Shown here one piece after another: positions 48,245 through 57,214 of a stretch of 64,000 nucleotides of DNA. Numbering within the stretch: position 1 is the first letter of the stretch; the number at the start of each line of letters is the position of its first letter. Source of the DNA: Spirochaetia bacterium. Its GTDB lineage: Bacteria; Spirochaetota; Spirochaetia; UBA9216. The DNA is taken from contig CAXXYH010000001.1 in NCBI GenBank assembly GCA_963677925.2, forward strand, positions 1 through 64,000, in the 5' to 3' direction. A program made the position numbers and the translations under genes. The notes beneath the pieces were generated by a model. That model had not been told where the DNA came from. It worked only from the letters and a program-made list of their open reading frames with translations, and made no database searches.

Positions 48245-48781
48245 TTAATTATTTTCCCTTGCCGCCTGCCACTGTAATCTTTCAAGCACCAGATCAGTAA
48301 TGTCAATTTCATGGTTGTACCATAAAATATCGGGGTCCTGGGTTCTCATAATCATTGAGTAACCTTCTGACTCTGCAATATAAGTGATTGCATCGAGAAT
48401 CTCTGCCGTAAAGGTTGAAGACTGAGCAAGCCCCTGTTTTTTTGCATTGATCCGGTTTGTCATAACTGAATGGAATTCTTTGGCATATTCCTGCTTCGAA
48501 TAAATCTGAGCGTCAATCTGAAGGACCTTCTGATCATCCCCTGCATTCTCTGCTTCAAGCTTCTGCATCTTGAGATCGTTAATTTCATCAAGAATATCAG
48601 CCATTCCATCATTGTATTTCTCCTGAATTGCTGATATTTCACGCCAGGCTGAAGATTCGGCGAAATAGTCATCAACAATCCTTGAGAAGTTTACAATTCC
48701 GATTTTGGAAAGCTGTTCGGCATAGAGGCTGCCTGATATTGAGATAATAATTAAAATTAAAATAAAGATTTTCTTATTCAA
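48245..48781 (-). CDS. skp: OmpH/Skp-family periplasmic chaperone
   Basis: Signal peptide, KIGIVNF, helical body, IAESEGYSMI..DITDLVL; downstream of bamA. Confidence 0.85.
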   Translation of the reverse strand: MNKKIFILILIIISISGSLYAEQLSKIGIVNFSRIVDDYFAESSAWREISAIQEKYNDGMADILDEINDLKMQKLEAENAGDDQKVLQIDAQIYSKQEYAKEFHSVMTNRINAKKQGLAQSSTFTAEILDAITYIAESEGYSMIMRTQDPDILWYNHEIDITDLVLERLQWQAARENN

Positions 48782-48803
48782 AATTCTACTCCTTAAAGTC
48801 TAA

Positions 48804-51464
48804 TTAAAAGTAATCAAGATCGAAACTTACTACAAAGTCAAGACCGCCGGTTTCACTGTCTCCGGCAAAAAGTTCACCCTGCTGCCACTGAAAAGTGCCT
48901 TCACTGTCGAAATTAAATCTTTTGGCCAGGAAGAAGGAGATTGGGAAACTCGGTATATCAACCTGCAGACCGGTACCGAATGAGAAGTAAAAGTCGTCAA
49001 GTGAAATACCTGACAGATCTGAAACCTCATCCCATACAGCAGTACTGCTGAAGAAGTTTACCCATGACAGCATACCGGGTGCTACCGGTGTAGTAAAATC
49101 AATTACATTGTCCCAGAGGACCTTGTTATCATAGTTATATCCCCAGCCTCTTGCAATAAACATACCATCAAAATAAAGCAGATCGGAACGGGTAGCTACA
49201 GTATCTGTGGTCCATGAACCTGAGCTGCTGTCATAATAAAACTGATCGAGAATCATTGAGAACTGGGAATGCAGTCCCATGACCATGCTCAGGTTGAATT
49301 CCTCTGAAAGTGAAATATCAAAAAGTTTGAAATATGCATCGGCATCGGTTTTGGTTTTTATATAATGTCTGCTTCCGAAGAGAAATCCTCCGGTATATGT
49401 AAGGGTCTCCTTAATCTGGTATCCCTTTGTAGGTGAATATGTAAGGTCTCTGGTATCCCAGCTTGCTGTTGTCCAAAGCTTGTTGACAAACTGCCAGGTA
49501 TCAAGTGCATCCCTTATGGTTTTGTCATAGGGGCGGTAAATAGATGAATCGTACTGTGCAAAGGAAAGCGTTGTGCTTGCGCCTGTGCCTACTCCAAGTC
49601 TTCCATAGGGGGTATGCCAGGAATATCCTGCATTTCCGCCAAGAGAGAAGTCAAAGGACTCATAGGACATCAGGTATTCGCTTCCGATAGTTTCACTCTG
49701 TGAGACGGCATAATCATAATCAGTTAAAACATCACCGTCATCGATAAGAGTCTGGAGTTCACCTGAGGCTTCCAGTGCTGTAAGTTCGGCATCGGTAAGC
49801 GCTTCACCGGCTGAATACGAATCATCACTCGCATCAGCAGCCCAGACAAGGTGTCCATCGTAGGGATCCGGAACAACGAAAATATTATCGTCATCATCTA
49901 TATCAAAAATCGGATACATAACATCCTGCGGAACACTGCTGTAAAGGTTATGACTGATAGAAAAATCAACACCGGCGGATATTCTCTGGTCAAAAAGCCA
50001 GCCGTCATCCCAGCTGAAGGTGACTTCCTGCGTCGCAGTTGAAAGTTCAACACCGACGCTTAACGCGTTTCCTTCGCCGAGAAAGTTGGTATCGGTCCAT
50101 TTTAGAAAACCTATAATCGGAAGAGAGCTTTCTGTAGATGTAAAAGTCATTCCGAACTGAATGTCGGTAGTGTTGTCTTCTTCTACGTTGATCACGAGAT
50201 CCATAAGGCCGGATTCACTGCCGTAGGGCATTTCCGGAATAACAGAGGTGAAGTATCTCGTGTTATAAAGGTTGTTCAGTCCCTGCATGATAGCTGACTT
50301 ACTGAATATATCTCCAACTTCAAGCGGGATTTCACGAAGTATAACGTATTCCTTTGTCTTTTCATTGCCTTTTACAATAATGTTCTCGATATGTGCTCTG
50401 CTTAGCTCGGAAATATTAATCTTATACGATATTTCCTTAGTCTGTTCATTACGTGTTTCCTGTCGGCTGATAGTATTGTAGATATAGCCGTCATTGTAAT
50501 ACTTGTCGCTGATGAGCATGTAGTCGCTTTCAAGTTTTGTTCTGTTTAGAATAGAGCCGGGTTTTGATGAAACCTGCTTCAGAAGTTCTTCATCGGTAAA
50601 AAGCGTATTGCCGCTGAAGCTGAATCCCCCGAATTTCCATTGTGCGCCTTCTTCGATGTAAAATGTAATATTTACATAATTTCTGTCTTCAGCGTCATCT
50701 TCAGCTGCTTCCACTGCTACATCAAGGATTTTAGCATCGATATAGCCGCTGTCCATGTAGTATTTCAGAAGCGCCGCCTTATCTTCCTCTATACGGCTTT
50801 CTTTGTAGATACCAGTGGTAAAAAAAGACTGCTGTTTTGATTTAAGCTGACCCTTTAAGGTGTTTTCTGAAGCAAAGGTATTACCGCTGAAGGCTATGTT
50901 TTTAATTCTTGTCTGAGAACCTTCCACTATGGTAAAAGTGATATCGACAAGACCGTTGGTGTCAGCGGAACTGATTGAGCTTTCAATCTCAGCATCCGGG
51001 TAACCTTCGTCTGTGTAGAGATTCTTTACGGCCTCTGTATCCATCCTGATTCGGGCCTTATTGAGGATATCATCTTTCTTTGTCAGAATAACATCCATAA
51101 TATCGTTTTTATTAACACTCTTGTTTCCGGAAAGAATGATTTTATCGACAAGCGGCCGTTCTGTAACGGTAAATTCAATTATGACTTCGGTTTGTTCATC
51201 ATTGCCCGGAAGAGCGTTGGCGGTAAATGTTTCAAAATAATTAAGGGCATAAAGCTTGCTCTGAAGATCCCAGAAAAGCGTATCTGAGAAAGTTTTTCCC
51301 TTGAACTGTGATGTAATTCCTTCAAGTTCAGAAGGATTTATATGATTCAGACCGCTGAAAGTAACATCTTTGATGGGCTTATTAACATACCATTCAAGTT
51401 CCTGTCCAAAAGCAAATGCAGCTGTAAGGAGTATAAGAACAGCTGATATGATGATTTTTCGCAT
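48804..51464 (-). CDS. bamA: Outer membrane protein assembly factor BamA
   Basis: Five POTRA-like repeats (GNEKTKEYVILRE), a barrel with ARGW lid motif, terminal Phe; ATG 51464 with GAGGAG SD and signal peptide. Confidence 0.95.
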   Translation of the reverse strand: MRKIIISAVLILLTAAFAFGQELEWYVNKPIKDVTFSGLNHINPSELEGITSQFKGKTFSDTLFWDLQSKLYALNYFETFTANALPGNDEQTEVIIEFTVTERPLVDKIILSGNKSVNKNDIMDVILTKKDDILNKARIRMDTEAVKNLYTDEGYPDAEIESSISSADTNGLVDITFTIVEGSQTRIKNIAFSGNTFASENTLKGQLKSKQQSFFTTGIYKESRIEEDKAALLKYYMDSGYIDAKILDVAVEAAEDDAEDRNYVNITFYIEEGAQWKFGGFSFSGNTLFTDEELLKQVSSKPGSILNRTKLESDYMLISDKYYNDGYIYNTISRQETRNEQTKEISYKINISELSRAHIENIIVKGNEKTKEYVILREIPLEVGDIFSKSAIMQGLNNLYNTRYFTSVIPEMPYGSESGLMDLVINVEEDNTTDIQFGMTFTSTESSLPIIGFLKWTDTNFLGEGNALSVGVELSTATQEVTFSWDDGWLFDQRISAGVDFSISHNLYSSVPQDVMYPIFDIDDDDNIFVVPDPYDGHLVWAADASDDSYSAGEALTDAELTALEASGELQTLIDDGDVLTDYDYAVSQSETIGSEYLMSYESFDFSLGGNAGYSWHTPYGRLGVGTGASTTLSFAQYDSSIYRPYDKTIRDALDTWQFVNKLWTTASWDTRDLTYSPTKGYQIKETLTYTGGFLFGSRHYIKTKTDADAYFKLFDISLSEEFNLSMVMGLHSQFSMILDQFYYDSSSGSWTTDTVATRSDLLYFDGMFIARGWGYNYDNKVLWDNVIDFTTPVAPGMLSWVNFFSSTAVWDEVSDLSGISLDDFYFSFGTGLQVDIPSFPISFFLAKRFNFDSEGTFQWQQGELFAGDSETGGLDFVVSFDLDYF

Positions 51465-51480
51465 AATTTCTCCTCGAAAA

Positions 51481-54400
51481 TTAATAAGAAAAATGCCAGG
51501 ATAATCCGACACTAGTTTTTTTCAATCCTGCAGCAGGATCCACAAAGTCGGGAAAGAGGCTGAATTCAATATTTGCAACCGGCCCTTCCCACTCCAGTTT
51601 TATCTCACTGTCAAGGTTAAGATTCAATCCGTCAGAATAACCTGTATCGTTATAAAGATCAAACTGAAACAATCCCTGTAAGAATATATCATCTGTGAAG
51701 TACTTTCCCAAGAATAAGGTCGTATTGTCAAGATATTTGGCAAAATTGTCATCAGGATTTACAATACTGGTCTGAAGTTTGTCTTCAATTATGTTTCCGA
51801 TAAAGGATGTACGGATTGACAGCAGATCCAGACCCAGAGTTTTCTTTAATTCGTTCTCGATACCCTTAAGTGCGTACTGGGTCGCAAGATCTGTCACGAA
51901 AGCTGCTGTTTCACCTAAATCTCCGTCTGAGGCGCCTATGGTATCAAGGATATTTCCGCCCAGCAGAGAAATTATTTCGTTTGTAGACATTGCCGGGTCG
52001 GATTCAAAACGCGGTACGAATGAGCTAAGCGGTGATTTGTCAACTATTAGAAAAATCTTTACAAGTTCCCCGGCTGCATTTACATCCCTTATTTCAGCTC
52101 TGGCGCTTAGAAGAGGATCCATTGCATAGACCATATCGTTTGTAAATCTGATTGAGCCTTCCTTGATATAGAAATTTCTTTCAAAATAGAATATTTCACC
52201 GCCCTTGAGTGCGAGGGCTCCGTCAAGAATAAGCTCATTGGGAATTGAATCATATCTGAGACTGAACTCATCTTCAGGTTTTATGTATGCCCTTACGATC
52301 GGCAGCGTCTGACTGGGCCACATTAGCTGGTTGTTTTCACCTACTCTGATTTTTAAATCTGCTCCAATCTGCTCGGTCGGCATACCCATTTTTCCGTCCC
52401 CGAGACTGTTGCTGAACATTATCGTCGCATCTATTGCCTTAATATCACCGCTGACGTTCATACGGAGAAAGTCTCCGTAAATACGCAGATTTCCCTCCGC
52501 AAAGCCTGATACATAAAAAGGTGCACGATAGAACATTGCAGAGATTCCCCGTCCTTCCGGAACAGACATATTAAAATCATAGTTTCTCGGCAGCCAGCGT
52601 TCCATAACACCGTCAATTGTCATCATTACTATTCCGTTTTCGGTGATGATGCGGGTTGACGGTAGAGTAATTGATTTTCCGCTGAAAAAGAAAGATGTGG
52701 AAAGGTCTTTGGTTTTCTCCTGTACAATAGGCGGTCTAAAATCAAGGTTATTCAAATCGAGCTGTCCGTAAAAATCAGGATCGTTAAATGGTCCTAGGAT
52801 TTTAAGATCACCGGTAATGCTCCCTTTTTCAAAGTAAAAGAATGGAATTTCAAGTTTATCAAAAACATATTCAATACCGCTGATCCTTGCATCAATATAT
52901 CCTCCGTTCATGGAGCCTTTAGCCGCAAATGTCAGCGGAACCGGATCTGCTATGTTGATAGTGAATGTTCCATCGTCATTATAACGGCCTGATACAGAAT
53001 TTTCAGGACCTCCGGACAGGATGGATGTTCCCTCTGAATGGTTTATCGTAAAATTCAAATCATCTCTGGGCAGTTTATTATAGAGAAGATCTTCAAGGTT
53101 GAGCTGCAGGTTCATATCCTGGTTCATGACTGAAGCTATATCGCCAATATTTTCTATGGGGACTGATTTTCCCGTTATGCTGATCTGAGTTCCAAGTGTA
53201 AGAGGTGCCAGTTCTGCAGTCAGCTCCCCGGTCAGCTGATGTCTGCCTGTGGCGAAATCAAGCAGTCCCCTGCCTTGTTTAAAAGAGATACTGCCGGCGT
53301 TGAGATCTATACGTCCTGCTTCAAATACAAGGTCTTTATACTGCAGCGATGTATTAAGATCCAGGGGGCGTCCGGTGAACTCTGCATCTCCTGTGGTCAG
53401 TTCAAGACTGAGCTCCGGACTTGCAAGGCTGCCGGAAATAACAGCTGTTCCCGATATATCTCCCTCTACAGGCAGGATCCCTGAAAGCCTTTCAAGCTTG
53501 AAATTATTTATATCGAGTGATCCGCCTGCTTCACCTTTAGCCATATCAAATAACAGTGAGTAATTCTCATCCGATCGCCGGTCAGCAAGCTGAAGATATA
53601 CACTTCCGCTGAGGCCGTCGGTAAAATCGGTAATTCTGACGAATCCGCTGCCGTTAAGCTCTGAATATGAATCACTGTATTTGAGGCTGCTCAGCTGGCC
53701 GCCATCGTTTCCTACAATCGCGCTGAGAAGCAGCCTGCCTGTATAGCCTGAAATCGGCAGGGCTGATACTGAGGTTTTATTTACAAAGATTTTCCAGTTT
53801 TCAGATGTATCAAAATATCCTGAAATATCAGCGCTTATTCCTGAGGGGCTGTCTTTTCCGATATAAAAAGGAAGTTCCTCGGTTTTCAGCTGAAAGGTGT
53901 ATCCGGTTAAAGGAAGTTCAAGCAGACTCAGCTGGAAGCCGTGAGAACCGGTAAGACTTAAAGCTCCGCTTGATACACTGTATACCCCTCCGATATCATA
54001 GTTCAGATCATTCAGACTCAGGCTTGTACTCAGCATGATGGTCTTATCTGTGTCTATTTCTGCAGATACCTGGCCGCTGATAATATTCTGATTCCAGATT
54101 ATATTGAGGTTTGTCAGGCTGATACGGCGATTATTTCCGGAGAGCTGAAGTTCGATTCTGTTTTCCGGCCCGGTACGGCTGGTCAGCAGAAATTCTGATG
54201 CGGCGAATGCCATCTGTCTGAGATCTCCTGAAAAGAAAAGCTCGGAACTCAGTCTGAAATCAAGCAGATCTACAGGAAGGCTTATACCGGGAGGGATAAG
54301 CGTCATTAATGGCCTTATACTGAGATTCTCAGTGGAAACAACTGTCTGAAGATACTGGTCTTTTCCGGACTGATATACACCTTCAATATAAAGCGATTCA

Positions 54401-55818
54401 TTCTGCCCGTCATCGGATTCCGGTTCAGCCTCAAGAAGGAAGTCGAAATTATCCTGATAAGGAAGAATACTCAGCTTGAGTTTTCGCAATTTGAGATCTC
54501 CGGCTATGAGGCTGTCTGAATTTACAGTATATTTCCCGATATTATCTGTGGCTATGCTTATATCTGTGGAGATCTCCGCATTATTTAACTTCAAACTGTC
54601 TAATTCCGCATTTCCGTTAATTTCCGGCAAATCTCCGGTGAAGCCTATCCTGCCGCTGAAACCGCCTGAAAGGGCATCATTTTCAAAGCGGGAATCAGCA
54701 ATAGTAAGTTCAATATTATTTCCGGCAAACGATGCTTCAATGTGAGAATCGGGAATAATAAAATCAGGATATGTATCGACTGCCAGGGCTCCATGATATT
54801 CGAGTTTTCTTTCGGCGTAATCGTAGTCAAGCGCGGCATTTCCGGTAACTGAAAGTCCAAGAAAATCAGTGTACTGCCTGGTATGCCTGCCGGGACTGAA
54901 ATATTCGCTGAAAATAAAATCATCAGCATCCAGTTCCAAACGGACACTGTGTGTTTCCGTATCAAGTTTAAGATTAATATCTGCAGGTGTTTTGTCGCCG
55001 ATTTTTGTAAGCTGATAGATACCTGGAGCGGTATACCTGAAGTTTATGCTTAAACGTTCAGCAGATATCAGATCCGAGTCAAGATTTCGGCTTTTAAGTA
55101 CAAGTTCAACCCAGTTCAGATTTCGATCTATTCTTCCGGATGCATTGAGAGATGTTTCAACCGAGATTGAGTTATCATCAGCAGGAAGAGGTGTTTCATC
55201 GAAAAGCAGGTAAGCTTCAGATCTGGCTGTAAGGGCAAAATCGTCAGCTGAGGAGTTTTTCAGGGTAAAATAAAGTTTACTGAAACTGCCTGAATAATCC
55301 GGGGATATGAGACTCAAATTGAGATTCTTCCCTCGAAGGTAAAAGCTGGCCGGAAGATCGAAGGTAACCGAACTCGGTGATCCCCTTTCCCGGGATGAGC
55401 CGGCAGATTTAAACAGTTCAAGAAGCTCTGCATCTTCGGCTGTATCAAAGCTGAGTTTTGAGTTGATGATGGTCAGTCCCCTGAATGCTCCGACAGGATC
55501 GTTCTGAAGAAGCTTAAGCAGGCTGAAGTCAAGCCGCAGCCGGCCTATTTCGAGGAGTACATCATCTGAATTATTTTCAGCGAATATCTTAAATCCCTGG
55601 ATTTCAAAAGCCCGGAAGATAGAAGGTGAGATGCTTTCATATGCAATATCACGGTTCAGTCTCAGTTCGAGAGTATTGATAAACCTCAGTTTTACATCTT
55701 CAAGATATGTAACAAATTTCCGCTGAAGCGGAAAAAGTACAAGCGGCAGAAGGATTGCGCAAACCGAGATTATTGATAATATTTGAATTGTCTTTGACCT
55801 TTTTGCAGAAGGTTTCAG
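51481..55818 (-). CDS. tamB: TamB-family translocation/assembly protein (~1445 aa, probable CTG start)
   Basis: C-terminal DUF490-like region (GGEIFYFERNFYIKEG, RFESDPAMS..EIISLLG, LGKYFTDD). The frame is open upstream of the track start to the stop at 55842 and adds an N-terminal TM and IAYESISPSIF. Confidence 0.87.
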   Translation of the reverse strand: MKPSAKRSKTIQILSIISVCAILLPLVLFPLQRKFVTYLEDVKLRFINTLELRLNRDIAYESISPSIFRAFEIQGFKIFAENNSDDVLLEIGRLRLDFSLLKLLQNDPVGAFRGLTIINSKLSFDTAEDAELLELFKSAGSSRERGSPSSVTFDLPASFYLRGKNLNLSLISPDYSGSFSKLYFTLKNSSADDFALTARSEAYLLFDETPLPADDNSISVETSLNASGRIDRNLNWVELVLKSRNLDSDLISAERLSINFRYTAPGIYQLTKIGDKTPADINLKLDTETHSVRLELDADDFIFSEYFSPGRHTRQYTDFLGLSVTGNAALDYDYAERKLEYHGALAVDTYPDFIIPDSHIEASFAGNNIELTIADSRFENDALSGGFSGRIGFTGDLPEINGNAELDSLKLNNAEISTDISIATDNIGKYTVNSDSLIAGDLKLRKLKLSILPYQDNFDFLLEAEPESDDGQNESLYIEGVYQSGKDQYLQTVVSTENLSIRPLMTLIPPGISLPVDLLDFRLSSELFFSGDLRQMAFAASEFLLTSRTGPENRIELQLSGNNRRISLTNLNIIWNQNIISGQVSAEIDTDKTIMLSTSLSLNDLNYDIGGVYSVSSGALSLTGSHGFQLSLLELPLTGYTFQLKTEELPFYIGKDSPSGISADISGYFDTSENWKIFVNKTSVSALPISGYTGRLLLSAIVGNDGGQLSSLKYSDSYSELNGSGFVRITDFTDGLSGSVYLQLADRRSDENYSLLFDMAKGEAGGSLDINNFKLERLSGILPVEGDISGTAVISGSLASPELSLELTTGDAEFTGRPLDLNTSLQYKDLVFEAGRIDLNAGSISFKQGRGLLDFATGRHQLTGELTAELAPLTLGTQISITGKSVPIENIGDIASVMNQDMNLQLNLEDLLYNKLPRDDLNFTINHSEGTSILSGGPENSVSGRYNDDGTFTINIADPVPLTFAAKGSMNGGYIDARISGIEYVFDKLEIPFFYFEKGSITGDLKILGPFNDPDFYGQLDLNNLDFRPPIVQEKTKDLSTSFFFSGKSITLPSTRIITENGIVMMTIDGVMERWLPRNYDFNMSVPEGRGISAMFYRAPFYVSGFAEGNLRIYGDFLRMNVSGDIKAIDATIMFSNSLGDGKMGMPTEQIGADLKIRVGENNQLMWPSQTLPIVRAYIKPEDEFSLRYDSIPNELILDGALALKGGEIFYFERNFYIKEGSIRFTNDMVYAMDPLLSARAEIRDVNAAGELVKIFLIVDKSPLSSFVPRFESDPAMSTNEIISLLGGNILDTIGASDGDLGETAAFVTDLATQYALKGIENELKKTLGLDLLSIRTSFIGNIIEDKLQTSIVNPDDNFAKYLDNTTLFLGKYFTDDIFLQGLFQFDLYNDTGYSDGLNLNLDSEIKLEWEGPVANIEFSLFPDFVDPAAGLKKTSVGLSWHFSY

Positions 55819-55842
55819 AACAGGTACCTCTTCATCTTTTCA

Positions 55843-55871
55843 ATTAGTGAATTTACACCAAATTCACTAAT
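55843..55871. promoter_or_regulatory. Perfect 12-bp inverted repeat in the divergent tamB/tmk intergenic region
   Basis: ATTAGTGAATTT-acacc-AAATTCACTAAT. Confidence 0.5.
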
Positions 55872-55926
55872 AAGTGTATAGAACTTCGTTTAAAAGTTTC
55901 CGACTTTTGAACTCATCAATATAAGA

Positions 55927-55961
55927 TTGTCAAAAAAGACCCAATATTCTATTATCGGTGT
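55927..55961 (+). promoter_or_regulatory. Sigma-70 promoter 6 nt upstream of the tmk GTG (leaderless architecture)
   Basis: TTGTCA-N17-TATTAT, 6 nt, GTG 55962 (ATG follows at 55965). Confidence 0.65.
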
Positions 55962-56582
55962 GTGATGAGAGAGAAACCCGAAGTTTTACAAAATTTTATC
56001 GCCCTTGAGGGTCTTGACGGCAGCGGAACTACAACCCAGCTGAATATGCTTAAAAAATGGTTTGCGGACAATGATAAAGCATTGTATTCAACATGTGAGC
56101 CAACACCCATGCCTTCCGGTAAACTGATACGTCAGATTCTGCTGAAAGAGATAAAGGCCGAGCCTGAAACTCTTGCAAGGCTGTTTTCCGCAGACAGGTA
56201 TGAGCATCTGCATAATCCGGATTCCGGAATTCTTAAAATGCTTGAATGCGGCAGTACTGTTCTTACCGACAGATATCTGTTCTCTTCACTTGCATACCAG
56301 AGCCTCGGCTGTGATTTTGAGCTTGTTCATGAGCTCAATCCGTACCCGATACCTGAATACACAATATTTCTTGACCTTCCGGCGGAAGTCTGCAGTCAGC
56401 GGATGCACAAGCGCGATAAAATTGAGCTTTTTGATGCCCTCTCTATTCAGAACAGGATTATTGAAAATTATAACAGGGCATTCAGTCTTTATGAGAATAC
56501 CGGTATGAAGCTGCTGCGGATTGACGGTACAAAGAAACCCGAAGAAATATGTTCTGAAATAATTACGGCAATAAGCCGATAA
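55962..56582 (+). CDS. tmk: Thymidylate kinase
   Basis: FIALEGLDGSGTTTQ, EPT, LFSADR, DRYLFSSLAYQ. Confidence 0.95.
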   Translation: MMREKPEVLQNFIALEGLDGSGTTTQLNMLKKWFADNDKALYSTCEPTPMPSGKLIRQILLKEIKAEPETLARLFSADRYEHLHNPDSGILKMLECGSTVLTDRYLFSSLAYQSLGCDFELVHELNPYPIPEYTIFLDLPAEVCSQRMHKRDKIELFDALSIQNRIIENYNRAFSLYENTGMKLLRIDGTKKPEEICSEIITAISR

Positions 56583-56589
56583 GCTTCAT

Positions 56590-57201
56590 GTGAGGCATTT
56601 ATTTAAACCTGCAGTAATTATTCTCTTTTTTGCGCTGTTTGCAGTTCAGAACACTTTTGCCTACAAAATTCTTTACGCAGAACAGTTTTATAAGCTCTAT
56701 CACAGTCACTATATCCAGTATCCTGAAGACAGTGCTGAAAACATCTACTATCTGGAAAATGCCTTAAAAAGACCCTTCGTTAATCCTCTGAATGCCCTGG
56801 CTGCCATCAAGACTGAGAAAGAATGGGAGCGATACAGATATTTGTTCACAATGCATATCTATCTGAAGCTTATTGAGCAGTGGCGGCTTCTGGGTGTCAA
56901 ATACGATAAATTCGACGCATACTTTTATAACTATCCATGGAAACAGGAAAACCTTAAAAGTCTGCAGATGGCTGAAAAGTATTATAAGAATGCCCTCTAC
57001 TACTGGGACAAGGTCCTTGAAATGAAAGCAGAGATTGACGCCATGCCCTATATCTATATTGAGGGCATGGAATACTGGGAAGATGAGCGGATTAAAATAG
57101 ATGAGGGCGAGATCGATTATAAGGAATTTATAGAACTCGATCTGAAGCGCCTGTACGAGGTCCGGGAAGCATTTGAAAATATGACCCCGGACACTTACTG
57201 A
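56590..57201 (+). CDS. Secreted helical hypothetical protein
   Basis: Signal peptide and Tyr/Trp-rich body (YAEQFYKLYH, PFVNPLNALA); 7 nt after tmk. Confidence 0.8.
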   Translation: MRHLFKPAVIILFFALFAVQNTFAYKILYAEQFYKLYHSHYIQYPEDSAENIYYLENALKRPFVNPLNALAAIKTEKEWERYRYLFTMHIYLKLIEQWRLLGVKYDKFDAYFYNYPWKQENLKSLQMAEKYYKNALYYWDKVLEMKAEIDAMPYIYIEGMEYWEDERIKIDEGEIDYKEFIELDLKRLYEVREAFENMTPDTY

Positions 57202-57214
57202 AAATGACGATAAA

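Noticed and set aside
55318-55818. Apparent 500-bp non-coding gap or separate pseudogene upstream of tamB
   Set aside because: Manual translation shows it is in frame and stop-free with tamB; the track missed it only because it lacks a standard start codon.
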